A stretch of DNA of 64,000 nucleotides from an uncultured bacterium (GCA_963840885.1 CAWJAN010000006.1:116530-180529), one strand, 5' to 3'. Shown: positions 40,980-51,734, numbered from the stretch's first letter. Notes: generated from the letters alone by a model not told the origin. Made by a program: numbers and translations.

Positions 40980-42182
40980 TTATTCTTCTTTATCGTTTTC
41001 TGAACCGGCTTCTTCTATGAATTCTCCTTCAGTGGAAACGATGTCTATTTTCCAGCCCGTGAGTTTTGCCGCAAGCCTGACATTTTGTCCGCCTTTTCCT
41101 ATGGCAAGAGATTGCTGGTCAGCCGAGACTTCAACAGTGGCCTTCTTTTCCTTGTCATCTATATCTATGGAAACTATCCTTGCAGGAGAAAGCGCTTCTT
41201 CTATGAATTTTTTCGGATCATCGGACCATTCTATTATGTCTATCTTTTCTCCTCCGAGCTCGGACATGACAGTAGCCACTCTCACTCCTCTCTGTCCTAC
41301 AAGCGCTCCGACTGGATCGACATGCTCATCTTTTGAGGTGATGGCGATTTTTGAACGCGAACCGGCTTCGCGTGCGATGGATTTTACTTCCACTGTGCCT
41401 GAACCGAGCTCAGGTGATTCGGCTTTGAAAAGTTCTTCAAGGAATTTCGGATGCGATCTTGAAAGCCTGATGAAAGTTCCTCTAGGAGTTTCTTCCACCT
41501 TATATAGGTATGCGCGGATTCTTTCTCCTGGCTTGAATTTTTCTCCTGGAATCTGCTCTTCATAAGGAAGTATGGCCGTAGCTCTTCCCATATCCACGAA
41601 TATATTCCCCCTTTCCATCCTTTGGACAGTTCCTGTGACTATTGATCCCTCCTTTTCCCCATATTCGTTGAATATGGAAACTTTTTCGGCTTCGCGGATT
41701 TTCTGGATTATGACTTGTTTCGCCGTTTGTGCAGCAATTCTTCCGTAATCGCTCTTTTCTTCAAGAGGGAAGATGAGTTCGTCTCCGACTTTTGCGTCCT
41801 TCTTTATTTTCTTGGCGTCTTCCAGGAAGATATGGTGTTCAGGATTGTAGTAGACTATTTTTTCCCCGTTTTCATTTAGCTCTTCCTTCTCCTCATCCAT
41901 TTTCCTGGATTTTTTGAATCTTTCTTCGGCTTCGGCATCCGCTTTCTTGTCTTCGCGCATAACGACGCTGTTTTTATCGACAACGGTCTTTATCTGGACG
42001 AATTCCATTTTTCCGCTTGATGGATCGAATTTAGCTTTTATCACCTGACCTCTTTTGCCGTATTCTTTCTTGTATGCGGTAGCGAGGGCCATTTCTATGG
42101 CTTCAAGCATTTTTTCTTTCGGAATCCCTTTCTCTTCCTGCATCTGGTCTATGACGGAATTCAATACTTTTAGGTCTATCAT
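40980..42182 (-). CDS. nusA: transcription termination/antitermination factor NusA
   Basis: N-terminal domain, S1 and two KH domains; MIDLKVLNSVIDQMQEEKGIPKE... Confidence 0.85.
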   Translation of the reverse strand: MIDLKVLNSVIDQMQEEKGIPKEKMLEAIEMALATAYKKEYGKRGQVIKAKFDPSSGKMEFVQIKTVVDKNSVVMREDKKADAEAEERFKKSRKMDEEKEELNENGEKIVYYNPEHHIFLEDAKKIKKDAKVGDELIFPLEEKSDYGRIAAQTAKQVIIQKIREAEKVSIFNEYGEKEGSIVTGTVQRMERGNIFVDMGRATAILPYEEQIPGEKFKPGERIRAYLYKVEETPRGTFIRLSRSHPKFLEELFKAESPELGSGTVEVKSIAREAGSRSKIAITSKDEHVDPVGALVGQRGVRVATVMSELGGEKIDIIEWSDDPKKFIEEALSPARIVSIDIDDKEKKATVEVSADQQSLAIGKGGQNVRLAAKLTGWKIDIVSTEGEFIEEAGSENDKEE

Positions 42183-42388
42183 TTTGTCTTTTTAGCCTCC
42201 TTCCGGGCCAGACCGGAAGATGCCGGAAATAGGCCTAAAATACAAGCTATATATTATTTTTTAAAAAAATTAGCTCGCCTCGAAGCGAACTGAATGTAAC
42301 ATCATATTATCAGATTGTCTTTTCTTGTCAATATTACTATAATATAGGCAGTCATCGGCAATTTTTTATTTAAATTATTTTTTATAGC

Positions 42389-45300
42389 ATGAAAAAAATC
42401 CTATCTATTTTTTTGGGCACGCTCTCGTTCTTCTCTTTGCTTGTCCCGGCATACGGACAGTCCGCCCCATCGTCTCCACCAACCAAATCTCCGGCAAAAT
42501 ATTCGCCATCGACTTCCACCATTAATATTCCAGCGCCTCTTTCCGATATTTCCATAAGTAATGTAAAGATAGTGTCCCAAAACGACAGGAACATATCATT
42601 GTCTTTCGATATATCTAACAATACTTTGTCCGTGCAACCGGGAATCAAATACGCGGTCCATCTTCTAAGCCTGGTTTCTTCAACATCAACGCAGATTTCA
42701 GATGAAAAAGTCTACAGTGATTCGTTTACCTTGGATAAGAATTCCACCTTGAGCAAGACGGTTAATTATACTATCCCTGATGCTCTGTCGGCCGGAACTT
42801 ATGAATTTTTTATTGAAGCGGGAATCAATACCGGTTTAACTCTGGCTTCCGCCTATTCGGACATCATAAGTGTTTCGCCGGGATCATCTGGCGTGCTGGA
42901 AATCGTTCCTGGCTCCTGCAATATTTCCGTGGAAGGGACCACAAGAAAAAGCGGGCCTTTGTTTGCCGCCATGTCTGATAGCATAACGGAAAAATGCCAG
43001 GTTATGAGTTCATATCCAGATGGCACGGAATTTTATCCTAAATTTGAAACAAGGTTACACAATCTTTTCGGCGATTTTGCATCTACTACCGGCGGCTCTT
43101 CAGATCCGATATCTCTTAAAAACGGATTAAACGATATAACACTTTCTTTACCAAAAGGAACCGTGCCTAATGATTATTATGTCACTCTTAACCTTCAATC
43201 ATCGGATGGAAAAATAATCTCAAATTCCGATTCCTACACATATTTTTTGGAAGGATTGACCGGCCAGATAGAGAGCGCAGTTTTCAATGAGCCCGAGTAT
43301 AAATCAGGAGATGAGGCCGGTATTTTGGTAAATACCCTTGTTTATGATCTAGGATCATCTTCAAATGCGAGCGGAACGCTTGCCGTTTCAGTCAGTGATG
43401 GATCAGGAAATTTGTGCGGCACGACATCGGACCAGGAAGTTTCATTGTCCGTTCCGACTTCTGTTTTTTCCGTAAACATGGAAAGAGACTGCACAAATCC
43501 TTCGGCTCATATAGTGCTTTCCGCAAAGGATGAAAACGGAAATGAAGTGGTTCTTGATACTAAAGACTTCAATGTCATAACCCCGGCAAAATACATGGCA
43601 AATTACATCTGGTTATTGTTAGTCTTGTTGGCCATAGTAGCGCTTCTTATAATATTTTTCGTCTGGAGATCTCATAAAAATAAAATAATATCAGTTCCGC
43701 AATTGATGCTTGTGGCGGCAATACTGACCATTTCATTTTTTGGTTCAGCACACCATGCTTCCGCAATAAGCTGCTACCCTAATCCGGTAGATTCAACTGC
43801 AGGAAGCAATAGCGGAGGAAGCGGATATATTTTTTGCGAAAGTACCGAAGATCCCATCGGCATGGCTGATGCCAGCGGCAACGGCGCGGGACAGTATTTC
43901 AATTGGTCCGGGCGCAGCGTGTCTTATTACGGATTCGGAGGCGGATTTGTCACCTGGCCGAACAGAAATTTAAACGGCAATCTTTACCTTATTTGTGATG
44001 GAGGCGGAAAAAATTGTTTCAAAGAAACATACCTTGGAGGATATGGAGCTTTTGCAACTCAGGTATATATAACGGGAAATTCCACTCCGGATTACAATAC
44101 TCCGGCAAGCATTTCTTGGAATTCAAGAGGCGCTGGCTGGTGCGATATATGGCAGGACGGAGCCATGATTCATCAGAATGCAGGCACTTGGGGAACTGTT
44201 TCCACAAATCCGGTAATACAAAATTCAACGATCACTGTTTACTGCGGAGGATGGCCGCAGACAGGGCAAGCCAGCGTAACAGTCAGTCCCAAAGCTCTTC
44301 CGACAGCCACAATAAACGCTTCATCCACCCTTCTTGTTTATGGAACTCCCACTAATGTTTCCTGGACTTCGACTAGTGCCAATTCTTGCGTAATAACTGA
44401 TTCGGGTTTTGCCACCGGAATTACGGTCAATGGACAAAATACGTATGGAACCGGCGGGCAAGGCACGTCTGTAAGCGCAGGCAATAATATTCTTGCATGG
44501 TTTGGCACCGGATCAAATATTGTCTATCCAGGATACTCGGTAACCACTGATTACAATACCATGTCATATCTATCCCAATTCAGCCTGAGCAATATAAGTT
44601 CATATTCTTCCATCCCACAGGGAATATATATAGATTCTTCAAACAACAGCTATATTGCAGCCGGAGCCACTGTAGGCAAATATAATTCATCCGGAGCTTA
44701 TCAGTTTTCATTTCAAAACATTCCTTCTCAAGGCGGCGGAGGATACGGAGGAGGGGGCGGAGGCGGCACAAATACAAGTCCAACCTTTTATGACATAACC
44801 AAAGACAGTTCCGGAAATTTTTATGTTTCGGACCAGGCAAATTCTCAGATAGTGAAATTTGATCCTTCAGGAAATTATATCTCATTATTCGGAACATACG
44901 GATCAAGCACAGGAGAATTTATTAATCCTTCGGGACTAGCCTTTGATTCATCGGGAAATCTTTATGTGGCCGATACAGGAAACAACAGAGTTGAAAAATT
45001 CAACCTCAATAAACTTGGAGGATTCGGATATTTGAATGAATTCGGCTCCCAAGGCACCAGTAACGGAAAATTCAGCAACCTAACCTCAAGCGTCATGGCA
45101 ATAGACTCGAGCGGAAATGTCTACGTTACCGATCCGCAGAATTACCGCGTAGAGAAATTCGATCCGCTAGGACACTATTTATTATCATTCGGCTCCCAAG
45201 GCACCAGTAACGGAAAATTCAGCAACCTAACCTCAAGCGTCATGGCAATAGACTCGAGCGGAAATGTCTACGTTACCGATCCGCAGAATTACCGCGTAGA

Positions 45301-47539
45301 GAAATTCGATCCGCTAGGACACTATTTATTATCATTCGGCTCCCAAGGCACCAGTAACGGAAAATTCAGCAACCTAACCTCAAGCGTCATGGCAATAGAC
45401 TCGAGCGGAAATGTCTACGTTACCGATCCGCAGAATTACCGCGTAGAGAAATTCGATCCGCTAGGACACTATTTATTATCATTCGGCTCCCAAGGCACCA
45501 GTAACGGAAAATTCAGCAACCTAACCTCAAGCGTCATGGCAATAGACTCGAGCGGAAATGTCTACGTTACCGATCCGCAGAATTACCGCGTAGAGAAATT
45601 CGATCCATTTGGAAATTATCTGCTCAAATTCGGCTCTTCAGGCTCCGGCAACGGCCAGTTTTCAAATCTGACCTCAAACGTCATGGCAATAGACTCGAGC
45701 GGAAATGTCTACGTTACCGATCCGCAGAATTACCGCGTGGAGAAATTCAGTTCTTCGGGAGCTTATCTTGCTTCTTTCGGTTCAAGCGGCTCCGGCAACG
45801 GCCAGTTCTCAAATATGTCCAATGTTTCCATGGCTATCGATTCATATAATTACATATATATTACCGATCCGCAGAATTACCGAGTCGAAGTGTTCGATTC
45901 AAACGGAAATTATTTTTCCCAATTCGGCTCTTCAGGAACAGGCAACGGCCAGTTCTCCAATATGTCCAATGTTTTCATGGTTGAAGATCCATCCGCAACT
46001 GGTTCTTCATATACGAATGGAGCGGTTTATATCACCGATCCGCAGAATTACCGCGTAGAGAAATTCGGTCCAAACGGACCGGGATTCGTTTCTCAGCTTG
46101 GCGGCTCTGTTACCACCTGTTCTTTTAAAATAGGCAATACCTGCAAAAGCTATACTACAACAAGCATTTTTAATAGGCCAAGAAATCTTGCCATCGATTC
46201 TTCAGGAAATATTTATGTTGCGGACAATGCAGGGTTGCAGAAATTCGATTCTTCATACAATAAGCTTCCATTCAGCTACAGCCAAACAGGACTTAAGGGC
46301 ATAAGCCTTGATTCATCCGGCAATGTATATGTTTCAAACACCACGAATGATAATATATTGAAGATAAATTCCGCAGGCACTCTTATAGGACAAGGCGGCT
46401 CAGGCGGTTCAGGAAACGGGCAATTCAACAATCCTATAGGAATTAAATTGGATTCCTCAGGAAATATTGATGTGGTCGATTCCAACAATAATCGGGTTGA
46501 AAAATTTGTTCCATATACGGTAAACACCACTTATTATGCAAACGGCTCGACATCAACCGGACCGGTTGATCACGATACTACATTCAACCTTTCTTGCATC
46601 GGCAATGGCGGAGGATCTATCGCTACTTCAAGCGTAATAGTTCACGTCCAGCCCGGCGTAAGATTGACCGCACCATATCAGGTAAATCAAGGAGATGATG
46701 TCCATCTTTCATGGGATTCCCAGGGAGTAAGTTCTTGTTTTGCTTCCGGAGACTGGTCAGGCGATAATGCCACCACTGGAAGCGTTCCTACAACTAGCGC
46801 GGATTATGCAGTGCCGACAAGCAAGACATATTATTATCCTATGAATTTCTACATAACCTGTTTCAGCCCTTCCGGAGTCATCACAGGAGCTTCGGCGCAT
46901 ACCGACATGATTTCTGAATGCCCTAATAATCTTATAAAGGCCAGCGCTCCAGTGATATCAAGCTGCACTGCCGCATCGGTCAATCTGAGCTGGGCCGCAG
47001 TTTCTGATTCAAACGACATAATGTACTTCAATATTTACGGCGATGATCCGACGAATTTTCTGGCCAGCACTTCGGCGCAAACTTATACCGTGAAGAATAT
47101 CCCCGTTACCGATAGCAGCTCGACACATACATTTTATGTCGAGGCTGTAAGCGGTGATTCAGATATTATAGCGACAAGCACCGCAAGCGTGCAGGTAGTC
47201 ATTCCGCCTCAAGATCCTTCTTGTCTGCCGCCATCTTCATCGTCAACTCTTTCTTGCAGCGCAATGCAAAACGGCATTGCCACAAGCACGGTATATCTTA
47301 ATAAAACCATGAGCTGGCAGGCCAATATCAGCACTTCTACGGACAAAATAGTCTGGTTCGGAACTAATATATCGTCATCCGGCGACACCACTGTGGGCAC
47401 GACATACAGTAAGATTTATACGACCATAGGAAACAAGGAAGTAAGGGCTTATGCGTATAAAGGAGGTAAGGTAATAGCTTCATGCGCCACAAGCACAATC
47501 AATGTAGTATCTGCGGGAGGAGGCGGAGGAGAAATTTAA
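42389..47539 (+). CDS. giant secreted/surface protein: NHL-repeat beta-propeller array plus Cys-containing Ig-like domains, internal TM-like segment
   Basis: Signal peptide; more than 12 NHL-like repeats (..AIDSSGNVYVTDPQNYRVEKFDP..); poly-Gly tract; C-terminal Ig-like ..LSWDSQGVSSC.. domains. Confidence 0.7.
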   Translation: MKKILSIFLGTLSFFSLLVPAYGQSAPSSPPTKSPAKYSPSTSTINIPAPLSDISISNVKIVSQNDRNISLSFDISNNTLSVQPGIKYAVHLLSLVSSTSTQISDEKVYSDSFTLDKNSTLSKTVNYTIPDALSAGTYEFFIEAGINTGLTLASAYSDIISVSPGSSGVLEIVPGSCNISVEGTTRKSGPLFAAMSDSITEKCQVMSSYPDGTEFYPKFETRLHNLFGDFASTTGGSSDPISLKNGLNDITLSLPKGTVPNDYYVTLNLQSSDGKIISNSDSYTYFLEGLTGQIESAVFNEPEYKSGDEAGILVNTLVYDLGSSSNASGTLAVSVSDGSGNLCGTTSDQEVSLSVPTSVFSVNMERDCTNPSAHIVLSAKDENGNEVVLDTKDFNVITPAKYMANYIWLLLVLLAIVALLIIFFVWRSHKNKIISVPQLMLVAAILTISFFGSAHHASAISCYPNPVDSTAGSNSGGSGYIFCESTEDPIGMADASGNGAGQYFNWSGRSVSYYGFGGGFVTWPNRNLNGNLYLICDGGGKNCFKETYLGGYGAFATQVYITGNSTPDYNTPASISWNSRGAGWCDIWQDGAMIHQNAGTWGTVSTNPVIQNSTITVYCGGWPQTGQASVTVSPKALPTATINASSTLLVYGTPTNVSWTSTSANSCVITDSGFATGITVNGQNTYGTGGQGTSVSAGNNILAWFGTGSNIVYPGYSVTTDYNTMSYLSQFSLSNISSYSSIPQGIYIDSSNNSYIAAGATVGKYNSSGAYQFSFQNIPSQGGGGYGGGGGGGTNTSPTFYDITKDSSGNFYVSDQANSQIVKFDPSGNYISLFGTYGSSTGEFINPSGLAFDSSGNLYVADTGNNRVEKFNLNKLGGFGYLNEFGSQGTSNGKFSNLTSSVMAIDSSGNVYVTDPQNYRVEKFDPLGHYLLSFGSQGTSNGKFSNLTSSVMAIDSSGNVYVTDPQNYRVEKFDPLGHYLLSFGSQGTSNGKFSNLTSSVMAIDSSGNVYVTDPQNYRVEKFDPLGHYLLSFGSQGTSNGKFSNLTSSVMAIDSSGNVYVTDPQNYRVEKFDPFGNYLLKFGSSGSGNGQFSNLTSNVMAIDSSGNVYVTDPQNYRVEKFSSSGAYLASFGSSGSGNGQFSNMSNVSMAIDSYNYIYITDPQNYRVEVFDSNGNYFSQFGSSGTGNGQFSNMSNVFMVEDPSATGSSYTNGAVYITDPQNYRVEKFGPNGPGFVSQLGGSVTTCSFKIGNTCKSYTTTSIFNRPRNLAIDSSGNIYVADNAGLQKFDSSYNKLPFSYSQTGLKGISLDSSGNVYVSNTTNDNILKINSAGTLIGQGGSGGSGNGQFNNPIGIKLDSSGNIDVVDSNNNRVEKFVPYTVNTTYYANGSTSTGPVDHDTTFNLSCIGNGGGSIATSSVIVHVQPGVRLTAPYQVNQGDDVHLSWDSQGVSSCFASGDWSGDNATTGSVPTTSADYAVPTSKTYYYPMNFYITCFSPSGVITGASAHTDMISECPNNLIKASAPVISSCTAASVNLSWAAVSDSNDIMYFNIYGDDPTNFLASTSAQTYTVKNIPVTDSSSTHTFYVEAVSGDSDIIATSTASVQVVIPPQDPSCLPPSSSSTLSCSAMQNGIATSTVYLNKTMSWQANISTSTDKIVWFGTNISSSGDTTVGTTYSKIYTTIGNKEVRAYAYKGGKVIASCATSTINVVSAGGGGGEI
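45041..45628 (+). repeat. four perfect tandem copies of a 147-bp (49-aa NHL) unit, flanked by diverged copies
   Basis: Unit starting ttcggctcccaaggcaccagtaacgg at 45041, 45188, 45335 and 45482; copies appear identical. Confidence 0.8.
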
Positions 47540-47567
47540 TTTAAAAAACTAATCCATTAACAATAAT

Positions 47568-48632
47568 ATGAAAAATAATTTTTTTAAAAATTTCATCCTC
47601 GCGGTTTCATCAGTAGCTCTTACAGTATTTGGATTTGCAGGAACATCGTTTGCCCATTCATGCAGCCCGTCTCCATCCGGAAACGGTTCGGGATGCTATA
47701 CATATTGCGCTGACGGAGGAAATCAGCCGGTTGTCAGAAATAGCGCTGCCAATACCGTATCTACAGCAAGCTTCAGGGATGGATCTGGCAATTGGGCTGT
47801 AGCTCCTCAAAACGGACTTAGCCAAGGCGTCTATTATATAGGGGATTCCGGCAGTACCGGCGGAAGTCATATATTTGGCGGAGGTTACGGCTGCTATTCG
47901 CCATCGATTTCTTTAAATCTTTCAAACAACAATCCATCATATAATACTCCGGTGACAGTTTCATGGAGTTCACAAGGAGTTTCTTCTTGCACGGTTAATG
48001 GAGGCGGAAATAGCTGGTCTGGAACTTCCGGCAGCCAGTCATCAGGAAATCTTACCCAGACGACGACATTCACTCTTTCATGTTCTGGTTCTGCTGGTTC
48101 ACCATCGCAATCTCAAACCGCCACAATTTCTTCTCCTCCGATGGTGTCGCTTTCAGCTTCGCCGTCGCTTATAAACTTAGGCGACAGCTCCACTCTTTCT
48201 TGGACAATAAGTGGCGCCACATCTTGCACACAATCCAGCACTCTTGGAAACTGGACTCTTTCATCACCTTCAAGCGGATCGATGACACTAAACAATATAC
48301 AAAGCGCCCAGTCATTTTCTCTCACTTGCACTAATAGCAATGGAAATTCTTCAGCATCGGCGTCGATAAACGTTAAGACAAATCTGTATGCGAATCCTTA
48401 CAGGCTTACTTATGGCGGTTCAACATTCCTTAATTGGATATCTGCCTTTGGAAATACCTGCACCGTTTCCGGCGGCGGTTTGAATATAACAGCTTCATCA
48501 ACAGGTAGCTATTTCAAGTACAATCTGACAAGAAATACCAAATTCAGCATCTCATGCACCGACACAAACGGTTTCAATAGCACATCTTTCATGAATGTCG
48601 GCATAACGCCAAGATTTTCCTGCCAATCATAG
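47568..48632 (+). CDS. secreted protein of repeated Cys-containing Ig-like domains (hypothetical)
   Basis: Signal peptide; repeats ..VSWSSQGVSSCTVNGGG.. and ..LSWTISGATSCTQSS.. homologous to the C-terminus of the upstream giant protein. Confidence 0.45.
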   Translation: MKNNFFKNFILAVSSVALTVFGFAGTSFAHSCSPSPSGNGSGCYTYCADGGNQPVVRNSAANTVSTASFRDGSGNWAVAPQNGLSQGVYYIGDSGSTGGSHIFGGGYGCYSPSISLNLSNNNPSYNTPVTVSWSSQGVSSCTVNGGGNSWSGTSGSQSSGNLTQTTTFTLSCSGSAGSPSQSQTATISSPPMVSLSASPSLINLGDSSTLSWTISGATSCTQSSTLGNWTLSSPSSGSMTLNNIQSAQSFSLTCTNSNGNSSASASINVKTNLYANPYRLTYGGSTFLNWISAFGNTCTVSGGGLNITASSTGSYFKYNLTRNTKFSISCTDTNGFNSTSFMNVGITPRFSCQS

Positions 48633-48646
48633 GGTAAAACATAAAA

Positions 48647-48684
48647 AGCCGGCCGCGCGGGAAGCGCAGGCCGGCTTTTATTTT
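48647..48684 (+). terminator. rho-independent terminator
   Basis: gccggcc-gcgcgggaagcgca-ggccggc + ttttatttt. Confidence 0.55.
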
Positions 48685-48726
48685 GAGTTTTCGGCTGGTA
48701 TAATTACCTACAGTTTATTTAATCGT

Positions 48727-50484
48727 ATGCTTCTTGATAAAAAACAACTCAAAGATTTTCTCATAGATTCAGGCCTCGTTACGAGGTCTGAATATGATGA
48801 GATTGAAAGGGATATAAAAACAGGCAAAACAAAGGATTCTCCGGAGAATGTTTTTGTGTCTCAGGGAAAAATTTCTGAAGATGACCTTCGAAGGGCCAAG
48901 GCTTACATTCTGGGAATCCCCTTTATAGATTTAAAGATGCAGAAAATAGATCCGGAAATACTCTCTTTGATTCCGGAACCAATAGCGAGAAAAAATAACA
49001 TAGTGGCTTTCAGGAAAAATCCGGACTCTCTGGAAGTAGCCATGCTAGATACCCAGGATCTCTCATCGATAGAATTCATAAAGAAGAAAGTCGGATTGAA
49101 AATTCTTCCGCGCCTTACCGATGTCGAATCGATAAAAAGCGCTTTATTGCAGTATCAAAAAAGCTTGAAGGCAGAATTCGGAGATATTATCAAGGAGGAC
49201 GTCATGGCTCTTAAAAACTCCCCGCTAAATGAAGGCGAGACCAGCAATAATACCGATTTGAAAAAGATGGCCGAGGATTTGCCGGTAGTCCGCATCGTAG
49301 AGACATTGCTCAAGCATGCCGTTTTGCAAAATGCTTCCGATATACATATCGAACCTCTGGAGAAAGATCTTCTAGTAAGATACAGGATAGACGGCATATT
49401 GCATGACGCAATGATTTTGCCGAAAAATGCCGCACCATCCATAGTCGCCAGGATAAAAATATTATCCAATCTTAAATTAGACGAGAAACGCCTTCCGCAA
49501 GACGGAAGATTCAGCATAGACCTGAATGGAGAAAAGATTTCTTTCAGGGTTTCAACTATTCCGACTTATTTCGGTGAAAAAACAGTTTTAAGGGTCCTTA
49601 AGGATAATGTCGGCGCCTTTACGCTTGAGTCTATGGGATTTCACGGCGTCAGCCTTGAAAGAATCCACGAAGCCCTGAGAAAGCCAAATGGAATGATTTT
49701 GACGACAGGCCCGACAGGAAGCGGAAAGACAACGACTCTTTATGCGATGATAGAAATTCTGAATACTCCTGGAGTGAATATTTCAACCATTGAAGATCCT
49801 ATAGAGTATCAGATGCAGAGAGTGAATCAGACACAGGTCAAACCGGAAATAGGATTTACATTTGCGAACGGCTTAAGGTCGCTTGTCAGGCAGGATCCGG
49901 ACATTATAATGGTCGGAGAAATAAGAGACAATGAAACCGCTTCTCTTGCCGTTAATGCCGCGCTTACAGGACACCTTGTCCTTTCGACTCTGCATACAAA
50001 TTCTGCAGCCGGCGCGGTGCCCAGGCTTATTGATATGAAGATAGAGCCGTTTCTTCTGGTTTCGACCATAAATGTAGTGATGGCTCAAAGGCTGATAAGG
50101 AAACTTACAAGGGAAAAAGAGAAATATTATCTTTCCAAATCAGAACTCGCTTCGCTGTCGAAAATAGTCGACATGGACAAAGTTTTGGAAACTTTGAAAT
50201 CTGAAAACATAATAAGCAAGGATGATTCCTGGGAAAAAATCCCATTTTATAAGACGAAGCCTTCCGAAGAGTCGAAAGACGGATATATCGGAAGAATAGG
50301 GATACACGAGGTTTTGAAAATAAGCCCGGCAATCAAGGATCTTATAATATCTGGCGGAGAATCAGATAAAATAAACGAGCAGGCGAAGAAGGAAGGAATG
50401 CTCGGAATGCTCGAAGACGGCATATTTAAGTGTGTTACAGGGATGACGACCGTTGAAGAAGTGCTGAGAGTCGTCAGCGAATAA
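48727..50484 (+). CDS. type IV pilus/T2SS ATPase PilB/GspE family (second copy, lacks C-terminal tetracysteine motif)
   Basis: GspE-N-like N-terminus, Walker A GPTGSGKTTT, Asp/His boxes; no CxxC...CxxC. Confidence 0.85.
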   Translation: MLLDKKQLKDFLIDSGLVTRSEYDEIERDIKTGKTKDSPENVFVSQGKISEDDLRRAKAYILGIPFIDLKMQKIDPEILSLIPEPIARKNNIVAFRKNPDSLEVAMLDTQDLSSIEFIKKKVGLKILPRLTDVESIKSALLQYQKSLKAEFGDIIKEDVMALKNSPLNEGETSNNTDLKKMAEDLPVVRIVETLLKHAVLQNASDIHIEPLEKDLLVRYRIDGILHDAMILPKNAAPSIVARIKILSNLKLDEKRLPQDGRFSIDLNGEKISFRVSTIPTYFGEKTVLRVLKDNVGAFTLESMGFHGVSLERIHEALRKPNGMILTTGPTGSGKTTTLYAMIEILNTPGVNISTIEDPIEYQMQRVNQTQVKPEIGFTFANGLRSLVRQDPDIIMVGEIRDNETASLAVNAALTGHLVLSTLHTNSAAGAVPRLIDMKIEPFLLVSTINVVMAQRLIRKLTREKEKYYLSKSELASLSKIVDMDKVLETLKSENIISKDDSWEKIPFYKTKPSEESKDGYIGRIGIHEVLKISPAIKDLIISGGESDKINEQAKKEGMLGMLEDGIFKCVTGMTTVEEVLRVVSE

Positions 50485-50519
50485 TCATATCAATAAATAT
50501 ATTAAAATTTATAATCCTG

Positions 50520-51734
50520 ATGAAATTCTCATTTAATGCCGTAAATCAAAAAGGCGAAAGATATAAGGGTGTAAGGGATTCCACGAATAAATTCACCCTT
50601 TATGATGAGCTAAAATCGGAAGGCGATAATTTGATATCGGCTGTAAGCATTGATGCAAAACAACCATGGTATCTTTCAGCCATCTCTTTTTTTTCAAAAG
50701 TTCCTGAAATACAGAAAATAATTTTTGCAAAAAATCTAGGCGCCATGATAGAAGCCGGCCTTCCAATATCAAAAAGCCTCGATGTCATAAACAGGCAGCT
50801 TAAGAATAAATATTTTAAAGGCGCCGTTTCTTCGATTGAAGAAGAAATGAGAGGAGGAAAAACTTTAAGCGAATCACTCTCGATGTACGGCAATATTTTT
50901 TCAAATCTTTTTACTTCCATGGTCAAGGCCGGGGAGGAGTCCGGCAAGCTGTCTGATTCCCTGAAGATCATAGGAACACAGATGGAGCAAAGCTATAATT
51001 TGAAAAGGAAAATAAAGGGAGCGATGATTTATCCGGCAATAATCCTATCTCTTACGGTTATAATAGGTGTTCTTATGATGATTTTTGTCATTCCGTCCAT
51101 AACAGCCACGTTTACGGACCTGAATGTTGAGCTTCCTCTTGCCACTAAAATACTAATATATACCAGTAATCTATTTAAAAACGACATATTCATAATATTG
51201 CTCGCAGCAGCAGTTCTGTTTGCGGCATCTTATTTTTTTGCAAAATCAAAAATCGGAAAAAACTTTTTTGATTTTTTGTTTCTTAAAACGCCGATCGTAG
51301 GCGAATTGATAAAAGAGACGAATGCCGCGAGGCTTTCAAGGACGCTGTCATCGCTTCTCAGTTCCGGAGTTCCTTATGCAGAATCTATAAAAATAACCGA
51401 GAATATAATAGAAAATCATTATTTCAAGAATCTTTTGAAGGAATCAAGGGCAAAAGTTGAAAAAGGAGAAACTGTATCAAGCGTTTTTTTGAGTAATGAA
51501 AAATTAACCCCTCCTTTTATCGGTGAAATGATTGCTGTAGGCGAAGAAACCGGGCGCTTGCCGTCTATGCTTCTTGAAGTAGCGGAGTATTATGAGCTTT
51601 CGGTCGAACAGAAAACCAAAGATATGTCCACAATAATTGAGCCTTTTCTTATGATAATAATCGGTGTCGCCGTTGGATTCTTTGCCTTTTCCATAATAAA
51701 GCCGATCTATTCTTTGACTTCGGCAATAAATTAA
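50520..51734 (+). CDS. pilC: type IV pilus inner-membrane platform protein PilC/GspF
   Basis: Two GspF repeats; ..IEPFLMIIIGVAVGFFAFSIIKPIY C-terminus. Confidence 0.85.
   Translation: MKFSFNAVNQKGERYKGVRDSTNKFTLYDELKSEGDNLISAVSIDAKQPWYLSAISFFSKVPEIQKIIFAKNLGAMIEAGLPISKSLDVINRQLKNKYFKGAVSSIEEEMRGGKTLSESLSMYGNIFSNLFTSMVKAGEESGKLSDSLKIIGTQMEQSYNLKRKIKGAMIYPAIILSLTVIIGVLMMIFVIPSITATFTDLNVELPLATKILIYTSNLFKNDIFIILLAAAVLFAASYFFAKSKIGKNFFDFLFLKTPIVGELIKETNAARLSRTLSSLLSSGVPYAESIKITENIIENHYFKNLLKESRAKVEKGETVSSVFLSNEKLTPPFIGEMIAVGEETGRLPSMLLEVAEYYELSVEQKTKDMSTIIEPFLMIIIGVAVGFFAFSIIKPIYSLTSAIN

Noticed and set aside
42183-42388. Hairpin cttccgg-gccaga-ccggaag upstream of nusA as an attenuator or riboswitch
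   Set aside because: A 7-bp stem without an adjacent U-run and no conserved leader features. It was noted only as a possible 5'-UTR structure.
45041-45628. Possible CRISPR array suggested by perfect tandem repeats
   Set aside because: The period is 147 bp with no unique spacers. It is in frame within an NHL-repeat CDS, and no cas genes are nearby.
44014-46058. ORFs 44014-44355(+), 44580-44906(-), 45705-46058(+) inside the giant NHL gene
   Set aside because: Out-of-frame products of repetitive coding sequence. The 45705 ORF simply re-reads the tandem repeat.
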